A DNA stretch of 61,859 bases, the filler included, from an uncultured bacterium (lineage in GTDB: Bacteria; CAYSBA01): NCBI GenBank assembly GCA_964429075.1. It is 6 parts of 6 records of this genome, joined end to end, with 100 filler letters (N's around TTAATTAATTAA, not from the genome) between each part and the next. Parts side by side here need not be neighbours in the genome. Positions count along the whole stretch, not along the records: positions 10,452 to 20,789 come from CAYSBA010000019.1; positions 20,890 to 31,226 come from CAYSBA010000020.1; 4 more parts are not named here. The stretch is one strand, 5' to 3'. Positions 18,285 to 27,334 of the stretch are shown here, in pieces. A model generated the notes under the pieces. The model did not search any database. It saw only the letters and a list, made by a program, of their open reading frames with translations, and had not been told where the DNA came from. The first letter of the stretch is position 1, and the number at the start of each line of letters is the position of its first letter. The translations under genes and the position numbers were made by a program.

Positions 18285-20775
18285 TTAATATCTTATCGAG
18301 ATCAGTCATTCTTGGATAGGATAGGTCTGCAAGATCATTAAGATCCACACTTTGTGCCTCAATCACCTCCCATCCAAAACTGTTCGCATTAACAAAACGA
18401 TCAGTCATATCAAGAGGTGTTTCTGGAAGATCAAAATTGTTCTTCCCAACAGGTATGTAAACGATCCAATCGCCATCCTGTGCTGAGATTTTTAGCCTGT
18501 AAAAATCACCACCTGGTCCTGTGAAAGAGCAGCTTCTGGTAGTTATGTCGCAGGTTCCATCTTCAATAAAGGCCGGAAAAGTGTCGAAGCTTATGCTGGC
18601 TGGAAGGTAGTCGTCTGTGTAAATTTCACAAGAGATGTGTCCGTTTGTATATCCTCCACCCTGATTCTGTTGACCACTTACAGCCATGGCAAGTATGCTG
18701 TAGTCTCCTGCTTCAAGCCCTTCGTATAGTGGAGCCATCTTCAGTATCACCGGATCAGGGATTGGATTACTAGAGCCTGCCTGGCCTGACCCATTTAGAC
18801 CAAGTGGTACAAAACCAATCTGATCCACATTTGCACCTCCCAGAAGGATCACAAAATCCATCTGTTGTCCATCTACCTGTGGTAAGGCTCCAAAATTAAC
18901 ACCTATAGGGATAGATTGTGGGGTATCTGGTGTTGAATCGATCTGTTCGAAATCCTCCCAGTGTGGCCTTAACTCTGTAGTGTTGCCATCACCATCGAAA
19001 TCATCATTATCAACCACCTTATCTAATAACTCCACCTGTAATGCATTTATAAGTCCATGATCAAAGCTATTGAACAGTGGTAATAAGATGGACATGACAG
19101 CCTGAGGGTCAGAACCTGAACCCTGAAAGAGCCCCATTAGCTTTTGACTATCCACAAGACCAGCAAAACTCCAGAGTGCCCTAACTCCTTCTGTACCGAG
19201 GGTATAGTATGTGGTTTTAAGATCAACAGGAAAACCGTTATATGTAATCGAAACAGTCATGCCAGAAGGTAGCGGTACCTGATATTGCATAACCTGCACA
19301 CGCATAGTTTCACCAAATAGACTTTTAAAATCAACATCTATCAGGCCATTGCCAAAAGATATCCCTGCAAGTCCAAGCTTACTGTCTCCCTGAGTATGTA
19401 CCTGTGAATAATCGAACTGGCCAACAAAGCCACCAGCCTTTGTCTTGTCTGTTCTTGGATGGATTGCCAGAAGTAGAGTGTCTTTTTCAAGTCCAATGAA
19501 TGTTAGGTAGTCATAGTCTTCGTGAAATACCGATACATCATAGGGTTTTTGAACATCATTCATATCAACAGATACCTCACCATTCTGATCTGTTACAACA
19601 GGATCTATCAGGAAACTGAACACCACATTGGCACCCTCAACTGGCAGTCTACTGATCTCATCGACGATCCTTACAACAAGGAATCCAGAGGCAGGTTGTA
19701 TTACATTAAGGGTAGTTGAATCCTGGGCCTGAGAACCCTCTACAGTGACGGTAACAGAAGTACTGCCTGAAGTATCGCTGGCCTGTATAATACCTTCATG
19801 TTGATCCAGGACTGTTGCAATCTGGGTATCCTCTACTGACCAGTTAAATATTACATTTGGTACAGCATGTCCATCTTGATCAAGTGCTATTGCCTTCATG
19901 GTTATTGTCTCAGATGCTTCCACAACGGGATTTTCTGTAAGTATTATTACTCTATCTACTGTTGTACCGGCATTTGGGTCTTGGTTTATACACTCACCTG
20001 CAGAGCAAATCTGATCTTGTGCACAATCAGAATTCCCCCTACATCCTGTGGTCTTACACTGGCCGAGTATACAGATACCTCCGGAACAATCGGAGTCTGT
20101 CTGACATGTCTGGGCCTTGTAACAATACCCATCCACACATATCCAACCTGCCATGCAATTCTCATCCACAATACACTCTTGTCTGGGCTGACAGAAACCG
20201 TTTTCACATTGTTCGGTTGCATCACAATCTGAATCTGAATTACATGGTGGGAGTCCTTCGCAAATATGGTTGTTACACCTGTATCCCTGGCCACAATCAG
20301 AGTCAATGACACACTCACTATCCTGACATATACCATCAATGCACACCTGACCAATGCAGTCTGAATCTGAAAAACATCTCCTCTTGCAGTGTCCCTGCTG
20401 ACAAAGAAAAGAAGAGCCACCACAATCTGCATCGGATGTACATGCATCTGTGCATGTACCATCTTCACAGACCTTATCTGAGGGGCAATCCTGATCTGTT
20501 TCACAGCTTGTATTTTCGTCGCATGCATCTCCAATATTATCACCATCTGTATCTGTCTGATCAGGATTGGCAACATCAGGACAGTTGTCCTGATCGTCTG
20601 GTACAGCATCACGATCTTGATCGGGTGTGCAGACAGAATTTATACACGATTCAGTTGCCTGACACTCCATATTGGAGGAGCATTTGTTGTCTTTTTTCTG
20701 TGCAACCTTTTTGCTGCAGGAAAAGAACAGGAATATAATAAGCAAAAGGGAAAATGATAGTTTCTTAGAGTTCAT
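18265..20775 (-). CDS. Large surface lipoprotein: TSP3 repeats, Cys-rich repeats, Ig-like domain, C-terminal domain
   Basis: Lipobox FFSC after a hydrophobic stretch; DQDRDAVPDDQDNCPDVANPDQTDTDGDNIGDACD; tandem CxxDxDC..C..GxC units; Big_2-like FNWSVEDTQIATV. GGAGG precedes ATG 20775. Confidence 0.8.
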   Translation of the reverse strand: MNSKKLSFSLLLIIFLFFSCSKKVAQKKDNKCSSNMECQATESCINSVCTPDQDRDAVPDDQDNCPDVANPDQTDTDGDNIGDACDENTSCETDQDCPSDKVCEDGTCTDACTSDADCGGSSFLCQQGHCKRRCFSDSDCIGQVCIDGICQDSECVIDSDCGQGYRCNNHICEGLPPCNSDSDCDATEQCENGFCQPRQECIVDENCMAGWICVDGYCYKAQTCQTDSDCSGGICILGQCKTTGCRGNSDCAQDQICSAGECINQDPNAGTTVDRVIILTENPVVEASETITMKAIALDQDGHAVPNVIFNWSVEDTQIATVLDQHEGIIQASDTSGSTSVTVTVEGSQAQDSTTLNVIQPASGFLVVRIVDEISRLPVEGANVVFSFLIDPVVTDQNGEVSVDMNDVQKPYDVSVFHEDYDYLTFIGLEKDTLLLAIHPRTDKTKAGGFVGQFDYSQVHTQGDSKLGLAGISFGNGLIDVDFKSLFGETMRVQVMQYQVPLPSGMTVSITYNGFPVDLKTTYYTLGTEGVRALWSFAGLVDSQKLMGLFQGSGSDPQAVMSILLPLFNSFDHGLINALQVELLDKVVDNDDFDGDGNTTELRPHWEDFEQIDSTPDTPQSIPIGVNFGALPQVDGQQMDFVILLGGANVDQIGFVPLGLNGSGQAGSSNPIPDPVILKMAPLYEGLEAGDYSILAMAVSGQQNQGGGYTNGHISCEIYTDDYLPASISFDTFPAFIEDGTCDITTRSCSFTGPGGDFYRLKISAQDGDWIVYIPVGKNNFDLPETPLDMTDRFVNANSFGWEVIEAQSVDLNDLADLSYPRMTDLDKILSGFSRY

Positions 20776-20789
20776 AGATACCTCCACAC

Positions 20790-20889
20790 NNNNNNNNNNN
20801 NNNNNNNNNNNNNNNNNNNNNNNNNNNNNNNNNTTAATTAATTAANNNNNNNNNNNNNNNNNNNNNNNNNNNNNNNNNNNNNNNNNNNN
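20790..20889. other. Artificial contig linker
   Basis: N run, TTAATTAATTAA, N run. Confidence 0.99.
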
Positions 20890-20916
20890 TACTTAACTCT
20901 TCTATACAGAAGAAAA

Positions 20917-21399
20917 TTAAGATATGATGTCTTTTAAAACCTTCGGGAACAGAAGAATCAAAAGAAATCTAAGGAATCTACCTATACCACCAAAAATAAT
21001 AAAATTCTCAACCCTGTACCTTACAGCACCTGCAGCAATGCTCACAAGATAAAATGGTGGGAACCCTGTAAAAGAGCTCAAAAAGACAAATGCATCTGTA
21101 CCATATTTGAAGTTTTTTATCTTCTCTTTGAGGTCTGTAATCCTCTTTTTCCATTCTTCTTTTATAAAGGTGCTAGCCCCCATACCTGTGTAAAATACTA
21201 TTATTTTGGGCAATATCTGTCCTACCGAAGCTATTGTAACAACTATGATTATCTTGTTGCTGTGCAAAAATGGTGCGATCAATAGTAAAAGTAACTCTAT
21301 ACTGAGGACAGGGATAAGTCCACCGGCTACACTGACTATCAAAACTGCAAGATATACTCCCTGTTGATTTATAAGCTCTTTAAAATCAAAAATATGCAC
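20917..21399 (-). CDS. YqaA/VTT (DedA superfamily) membrane protein
   Basis: Hydrophobic, with FTGFPPFYLVSIAAG and GRFLRF motifs. Confidence 0.75.
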   Translation of the reverse strand: MHIFDFKELINQQGVYLAVLIVSVAGGLIPVLSIELLLLLIAPFLHSNKIIIVVTIASVGQILPKIIVFYTGMGASTFIKEEWKKRITDLKEKIKNFKYGTDAFVFLSSFTGFPPFYLVSIAAGAVRYRVENFIIFGGIGRFLRFLLILLFPKVLKDIIS

Positions 21400-21411
21400 A
21401 GAATCGACCTA

Positions 21412-21831
21412 CTATGAAGTGAATCTCTTTCTTGCAATCAAATATATATAAAGTGTAATGATAAAAAGTGGAAAATCAACAGAAGGTATTATAAAGAGGA
21501 GTCTTGAGGCACCATACAACAACATGCATATGGCAACTGTGGAACTTGTCAGCTTTGATATAATCACAGGGACTAATAGAATTAGATTTTTTACAGGATC
21601 AAGATACACAAGAAAACAGCATACAACAAGCATTGACATCATACTGACTGATAAAGGGTGCCAGAATGATATTGCTGTATCGCCTGAGTGTTTTATTGAT
21701 ATGATGTCACTCAGACATTCGGGTAACTCTGTTGGAGCAAGGAAAAAGAGCATACCACTTATCAGATAGACAATTGCAAAAATGAGAGCAACTATTCTGA
21801 TTTTTCTTATAAAAAGATCCTGCTGAGGCAA
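21412..21831 (-). CDS. Hypothetical membrane protein (about 4 TM helices)
   Basis: Four hydrophobic segments; co-oriented and tightly packed with neighbours. Confidence 0.6.
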   Translation of the reverse strand: MPQQDLFIRKIRIVALIFAIVYLISGMLFFLAPTELPECLSDIISIKHSGDTAISFWHPLSVSMMSMLVVCCFLVYLDPVKNLILLVPVIISKLTSSTVAICMLLYGASRLLFIIPSVDFPLFIITLYIYLIARKRFTS

Positions 21832-21836
21832 TCTTG

Positions 21837-22040
21837 TTATTCTCCAGATGAGGTATCCTTTTCTTTATCCTTTTTTTTATCTTCTCCCTCTGTATCTATC
21901 TTTTCTTCTACACCCTTCAGACCCTTTTTGAAACTTCTGACACCTTTCCCGAGCGCCTCTGCAAGTTTTGGAACCCTGTTTGCCCCGAACAGGATCAGGA
22001 TTATAATAAGAATAATCAATAATTCCTGCCAGCCAAGCAT
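21837..22040 (-). CDS. tatA: Twin-arginine translocase TatA/E
   Basis: MLGWQELLIILIIILILFGANRVPKLAEALGKGVRSFKKG. The true start is ATG 22040 after GGGAG, not 22160. Confidence 0.93.
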   Translation of the reverse strand: MLGWQELLIILIIILILFGANRVPKLAEALGKGVRSFKKGLKGVEEKIDTEGEDKKKDKEKDTSSGE

Positions 22041-22098
22041 AATCAGCTCCCTATTAAAACCAATGTTTATATTATCCTTATAATAGAAAAAAGCAACC

Positions 22099-23265
22099 TC
22101 ATGGAAGGGACAGTACAATAACAGTGGCCACAGATCCAGGCCCTCCAAGGTTGTGTACAAGCCCAGTTTTTGCTGATTTTACCTGTCTTTCTTTTTCTAC
22201 CTTACACAGCAATTGTTCGTAGATCTCTGTAATCATCCTGACTCCTGTTGCACCAATAGGATGCCCGCAAGTCTTAAGCCCCCCACTTGGATTAACAGGA
22301 ATTGATCCATCGATGTACGTCTTGCCATCTTCGATTAATCTGTACCCTTTGCCATCCTCTGTGAAACCAAGATCTTCATAATTTAAAATTTCTGTGATTG
22401 TAAAACAGTCGTGTACCTCTGCAACATCTATCTCTTTTTTTGGATCTTTAATGCCGGCCTGTTCATACGCAATCTTTGCTGCTTTCCTTGTTGTATCAAA
22501 GTTCAGGCACCTTTCGGTAGGATCAAAAAAAACAAGGTCCCCTCTTGTTGACATACCAACAGCACGAACCAATATATACTCAACACCTAAGGAATGTGCA
22601 GTATCTATGTCTGTAATGATACAACATGCCGCACCATCTGTAGTAGGACAGCAATCAAAGAGTCCAAGTGGTGATGAAACCATGGGCGCATTAAGTACTT
22701 TCTCTATCCCTATCTCTTTTCTAAAATGGGCCTTCGGATTTAACGCACCATGTTTATGGTTCTTTACAGCAACCTTAGCCAGAGGTGTCCTGTCTATCCC
22801 ATATTCTGCCATATACCTTTTGGCCCTCAATGCAAACATACCTGGAGCAGTCAGCCCTTTTCCATAGATGGGGTTACCCTCTTCAGCAACAGCCCTTACA
22901 AGACTCTCCCTTGGTCCAACATCTCTCATCTTCTCTACACCAACAACGAGGGCTATCCTGACCTTGCCTGATAATACTGCATGCCATGCATTTCTAAAGG
23001 CATCAGTACCTGAGGCACAGTAATTTGTATTTCTACTTACAGGGATACCACCTCCACCAAATGAATCAAAAAATGATGCACCAGATTTACCAGAACCTGC
23101 AGCTATATGAGGATCAAAGGTACTTAGCCATATGGCATCTACCTGATTTATATCTATCTTTGATCTCTTCAAGGCACCATCGACAGCCTCTTTTAAAAGA
23201 TCCTTATAGTCTTTTTCAAAGATCTCACCAAATTTTGTGTAATATGCACCTGTTATTGCAACCAT
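22099..23265 (-). CDS. Thiolase (SCP2-thiolase/archaeal type acetyl-CoA acetyltransferase)
   Basis: NYCASG, GVEKM, DCCPTTDGAA, EVHDCF, GHPIGATG and HNLGG motifs. Confidence 0.92.
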   Translation of the reverse strand: MVAITGAYYTKFGEIFEKDYKDLLKEAVDGALKRSKIDINQVDAIWLSTFDPHIAAGSGKSGASFFDSFGGGGIPVSRNTNYCASGTDAFRNAWHAVLSGKVRIALVVGVEKMRDVGPRESLVRAVAEEGNPIYGKGLTAPGMFALRAKRYMAEYGIDRTPLAKVAVKNHKHGALNPKAHFRKEIGIEKVLNAPMVSSPLGLFDCCPTTDGAACCIITDIDTAHSLGVEYILVRAVGMSTRGDLVFFDPTERCLNFDTTRKAAKIAYEQAGIKDPKKEIDVAEVHDCFTITEILNYEDLGFTEDGKGYRLIEDGKTYIDGSIPVNPSGGLKTCGHPIGATGVRMITEIYEQLLCKVEKERQVKSAKTGLVHNLGGPGSVATVIVLSLP

Positions 23266-23275
23266 CCAGCAGCCC

Positions 23276-24715
23276 CTATTCAATAATCCTCGCTTTATAA
23301 AAATAGTGATTTATTCCCGATGATCTGTGATATAGCCTGAGATCAAGCCCTATCTTTTTGTCAATATCTAAGGAGATATCCTGTCTGATCATCTGAAGTA
23401 AAAGCCTCCCACCTCCGTCAAGATCCACAATTCCCATACAAACAGGAGAAACAGGCGCCGGGAATATGTAATCTTCTGTAAATGAAAATAGTCTCCCCTC
23501 TCTGTTAAGAGACACTTTTGTTGTATCTTCAAAGCCACCACATTGTGGACACGCTACATCAGAAGGATAGTAACGGATATTGCACCTTCTGCAAAATCTC
23601 CCTATTAATTTAAGGGAATCCTCTGACATCTTATGAATGATTGTAGGAGATGTAAAGGCCCTGAAAGACCAATCCTCTTTTTGATCTGAAAATCTTCTCC
23701 TTGCTCTATAAATCTCCACAATTGACGGTATCTCAACTCCAGAGGACATCCATCCAAGGTCACACTCTCTCTTTAGTCCATCAATATATTCTGTGGCACG
23801 AAATAAAACAGCATCTACCCCATCACCAAAGAAAACCATTGCAACATAATCACCTGGATTTACATCCAGTATTGCTGAATGGAGTTGAGCAAACACGGAT
23901 GCTGAACCGGCATCACCAAGGTTCATTAAAAGTGGCTCTGGGTTCAGCGAAAACGGATTGGAGAGTCTCTTTGCAAGAGCCATATAACTTGCACCTTCTG
24001 GTGCATATACAATCAACTTTTTTATCTTTTTTTCATCTAAGCCTGTTTTTTTACATAATGATCTTAATGCCAGAGGTATGGTCTTGAGGTATTTTTGCTT
24101 GGCGAAATATTTTTCATCTGCAAACTGGATAAAGGGCCTATTGCTGAGCCTGAATGGGTGTGAGAATGGCTGGTTGATTGAACAGTAATCTATATACTCA
24201 AGTGCAACCTCATCTGTATCAAGCACAACGGATGCTGCACAGTCTCCCCGCATTGTCTCGAGATAGTGACCCGGCTCCACCGCTCTCATATCTGTCGCAA
24301 CAACAAGGACCCTGTTGAACTGACCACTTTTTATTGCAAACACTGCTGACAAAAGGGCCCGCCCTGCACATCTGAGTGATCCACCAGTTTCCATACAGAA
24401 AATCCCATCCTTTAGGTCGAGGCTAAAGGCAAGGATATTGACATTACCCATCTCTGCATATGGAAGGGTTGTAGATGCAAGGTAGAGGGCATCAATCTGT
24501 TTTTTATCCAATCTTTTTTTGACACGCCAACCTGCTCCATAGGCCATTGTTAGAGCATCTTCATCATAATCACATACCCTGCGTTCACCAATAAGAAGTT
24601 TTTTTAAGGAAGGTTGTTGCCACTCTATTGCCCATTTCTGTCTTTCGTACTTTAGCAACGGCACATAAATACCTATGTGAGATATTCCAATCATATGTCT
24701 GGCAGTTTTATTCAA
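23276..24715 (-). CDS. HMG-CoA synthase-like domain fused to DUF35 Zn-ribbon/OB-fold
   Basis: GIYVP, DEDALTMA, LASTTLPY, VVATD and LGDAGSAS motifs, then CRRC...YYP...CPQC and an OB fold. Alternative ATG start at 24694. Confidence 0.85.
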   Translation of the reverse strand: MNKTARHMIGISHIGIYVPLLKYERQKWAIEWQQPSLKKLLIGERRVCDYDEDALTMAYGAGWRVKKRLDKKQIDALYLASTTLPYAEMGNVNILAFSLDLKDGIFCMETGGSLRCAGRALLSAVFAIKSGQFNRVLVVATDMRAVEPGHYLETMRGDCAASVVLDTDEVALEYIDYCSINQPFSHPFRLSNRPFIQFADEKYFAKQKYLKTIPLALRSLCKKTGLDEKKIKKLIVYAPEGASYMALAKRLSNPFSLNPEPLLMNLGDAGSASVFAQLHSAILDVNPGDYVAMVFFGDGVDAVLFRATEYIDGLKRECDLGWMSSGVEIPSIVEIYRARRRFSDQKEDWSFRAFTSPTIIHKMSEDSLKLIGRFCRRCNIRYYPSDVACPQCGGFEDTTKVSLNREGRLFSFTEDYIFPAPVSPVCMGIVDLDGGGRLLLQMIRQDISLDIDKKIGLDLRLYHRSSGINHYFYKARIIE

Positions 24716-25185
24716 TCCTTTTTCCTAAGCATATTTACTGCCTTTTTGAATCCCGATGGCCCCCTGATACCCTTCTGGGCCAGCCACCCAAGTACCCTTT
24801 TGCCGCCTGTCATAAGTACTCCAAAATAGCCCTTTCGATACAACTCAAAAAAACCTGCATGCACCTTTACTTTTATCTTTCTTTCGAGCATCCCTTTAAA
24901 AAAGGCAATACCGAAGTCTCCTGGCTCATGACTGTTTAGGTTCATCAATTCCTCAAGGGTATCAAGATCCATCCATGCCTCAAAATCGGAACCCTTTTGA
25001 TGCTCACTTTTTGAAATCTGTATACCATCAGTATTTTTTTCTAAATTAAAGTCGCCAATAGGATTAATATGAATAACAACTTTGGCACTCCTCTTAAGTG
25101 GTGTTAATGCCTTCTTAGATGCAGGATGATTATTAAAAAAATTCTCTAATCTTTCTTCAATTGATACTTTTTTGCTTTTATCCAT
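24712..25185 (-). CDS. Hypothetical protein, possibly SCP2-like lipid-binding fold
   Basis: Coupled to dapF (TAATG overlap) and to the downstream gene. The pattern DFEAWMDLDTLEEL...KIKVK only loosely recalls SCP2. Confidence 0.55.
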   Translation of the reverse strand: MDKSKKVSIEERLENFFNNHPASKKALTPLKRSAKVVIHINPIGDFNLEKNTDGIQISKSEHQKGSDFEAWMDLDTLEELMNLNSHEPGDFGIAFFKGMLERKIKVKVHAGFFELYRKGYFGVLMTGGKRVLGWLAQKGIRGPSGFKKAVNMLRKKD

Positions 25186-26003
25186 TACATCGCCCATCTA
25201 TGATCGTTAAGGACTATCTCCCCTCTGAAAACAAATTCAGAAGGTCCGTCCATGATTATTCGTCCGGACCTACTTTCAAGGCTTATCTTGAGGGTCCCGC
25301 CGGGGAGACAGACATTCACAATATCTTCATCTGAAAAAAGACCCTTTTTGATGGCGTAATATGCTGAGGCACAAGCACCAGTTCCACATGCCAAGGTTGG
25401 ACCAACACCCCTCTCATACACCTTGCAGATCAGGTTATTATCAATCTTTTTTATAAACTCAACGTTCGTACCATTTTTAAATAGTCTGTTTGTCGATATC
25501 TCTCTTCCAGCGATCTCTAAGGTCTGATCATCCACTTCATCTTCTATGACAAAGTGTGGATTTCCAGCTGATAAAACCTTACCCTCAAAATCCCCAAAAG
25601 ATGTACGAACAACGAACATAGGACCCTCTTCAATCGTTCCCATATCTACCTGGACCCTTATCTTTTGATCTATATCTCTGTACCAATTGCACTCCTTAAT
25701 CCCGGCATCTGTCTCAATACTCAGTGGATTTTTGGAAATTCCAGATCTTATTAGATGGGCCACAAGACACCGGATTCCATTTCCACACATCTCTGGCCTT
25801 GTCCCATCTTTGTTGAATATTATCATCCTTGCATCTGCTACATTGCTCTTTTCGGCAAGTATAATTCCATCTGCTCCTACACCAAAATGTCTATCACACA
25901 GGTATGTTATAGTATTTCTGTCTGGCAAGTACCTGCCAGATCCATTAAAGATCAGAAAATCATTGCCAAGGCCATGATATTTATAAAATCTTAACACCTT
26001 CAT
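25185..26003 (-). CDS. dapF: Diaminopimelate epimerase
   Basis: KYHGLGNDF, GVGADG, EMCGNGIRC, GNPH and ERGVGPTLACGTGA motifs. Confidence 0.97.
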   Translation of the reverse strand: MKVLRFYKYHGLGNDFLIFNGSGRYLPDRNTITYLCDRHFGVGADGIILAEKSNVADARMIIFNKDGTRPEMCGNGIRCLVAHLIRSGISKNPLSIETDAGIKECNWYRDIDQKIRVQVDMGTIEEGPMFVVRTSFGDFEGKVLSAGNPHFVIEDEVDDQTLEIAGREISTNRLFKNGTNVEFIKKIDNNLICKVYERGVGPTLACGTGACASAYYAIKKGLFSDEDIVNVCLPGGTLKISLESRSGRIIMDGPSEFVFRGEIVLNDHRWAM

Positions 26004-27334
26004 AAAAGTTGTAGTTCCTCCTTTTCACTCTTTTTTCTTTTTCGTTCATATTGAAAGAGCCTCCCAATTGTACAGCTTCTTCTCTCAAGGCCATAGTGAT
26101 TCTCAAGGATACTTGCAGCTCTATGATAGCCCATCTGCACAATCTGAAAGGCAGTGTGTGTAAAAATATTAAAGTGATCTTTAAAAAACAGATCGTTGTG
26201 TGATGGGATAAATATCATCCTCCTGTTGGGCAAAAAGTCAAATAAGAGTTCCATGATCTCTTCAAGGTTCTCTTTAAAACGTCTCTTAAACTCCTTGCCT
26301 GGAGGTTTCCCTTTTGTTAATTTCATGAAAAACTCGTCTGAGATAAGATAGTTATAGAGTTTCTGTAAAAGAACCCTATTGTGTCTGAAGGAATAAATCT
26401 TTTGTTCTAATGTTGTATATACAGCCTGTTCAATAATGGTATACATACCATAATTTGTCAGACTACCAATTGAAGGATCAGCTATGTAGGGCTCAAAGGT
26501 GTGACTGACTATAATAAGATCGGCATTTCTATCAAATGCAACAGGTATGGATAGTGCTCTTTTGATCTCACCATCATAATAGGCTATGCCGTTTATCCAG
26601 TAGGGCTTGTAGAATGGTGGGAGGGCTGAAGATGCAGCAACGGCCTCAGAAATAGATACACCAGATAGGTAGTAATCCTGCTTGGGATTTTTAGTAGGTC
26701 CTCCGGGTACTCTACCCATGATGGCCTTTCTTGGATTGTTTACCTCTGTAGCTGTTATAAAAAGATCAATACCCCTCTTTTCGTATAATTCTGTAAAATC
26801 ATTTATTGGTAAGGTCTCTCTGAGATAGCGTTCTATTCCCTTGGTGGTTGGGAGGGCAAGGATTGAAAAGAGTTCTCTTAGAAGGGTCTCAATTCCGATA
26901 CTTCCACGATACTTTTGCTTTATAAATGGTAGCTTGAGGATGTTTTTGGTATATTCTGTTAGTTCTTTTAATGTCGGTATCTCAAATCTAAATATATCGA
27001 GATAACTTATTCCCCTTGTTCCATTTGACTTAAAGATGGCGCTTCTGAAAAGGGTCCCCAAAAGGCTTCGCTTTTTGATTACCTGAAGGACAGTTTGAGG
27101 GTCGAAACCATTTGCAAAGAGGGCTCCTATTATTGAACCGGCACTGTTACCTACAATTACATCAACACCAATCCCTCCTGGTGGGACACAATCCTTTGGT
27201 AAAACATAGATCCCAAAGTCTTTGAGTGCCTGAGCAACTCCTATGTGATAGAAGGCGGCCTTGGCAGCACCACCACTAGCTACAAATGCTATCTTTTTGT
27301 GAGAGGATATGTCAATCTCTTGTAACCAGGTCAT
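26000..27334 (-). CDS. Patatin-like phospholipase
   Basis: SGGAAKA glycine loop, GNSAG nucleophile elbow, ASSALPP and YYDGE motifs. Confidence 0.88.
   Translation of the reverse strand: MTWLQEIDISSHKKIAFVASGGAAKAAFYHIGVAQALKDFGIYVLPKDCVPPGGIGVDVIVGNSAGSIIGALFANGFDPQTVLQVIKKRSLLGTLFRSAIFKSNGTRGISYLDIFRFEIPTLKELTEYTKNILKLPFIKQKYRGSIGIETLLRELFSILALPTTKGIERYLRETLPINDFTELYEKRGIDLFITATEVNNPRKAIMGRVPGGPTKNPKQDYYLSGVSISEAVAASSALPPFYKPYWINGIAYYDGEIKRALSIPVAFDRNADLIIVSHTFEPYIADPSIGSLTNYGMYTIIEQAVYTTLEQKIYSFRHNRVLLQKLYNYLISDEFFMKLTKGKPPGKEFKRRFKENLEEIMELLFDFLPNRRMIFIPSHNDLFFKDHFNIFTHTAFQIVQMGYHRAASILENHYGLERRSCTIGRLFQYERKRKKSEKEELQLL

Noticed and set aside
19986..20612. 208-aa alternate-frame ORF within the Cys-rich lipoprotein
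   Set aside because: A frame shadow: TGT/GAT-rich codons give Val/Met/Ile-rich open frames. No motifs or SD.
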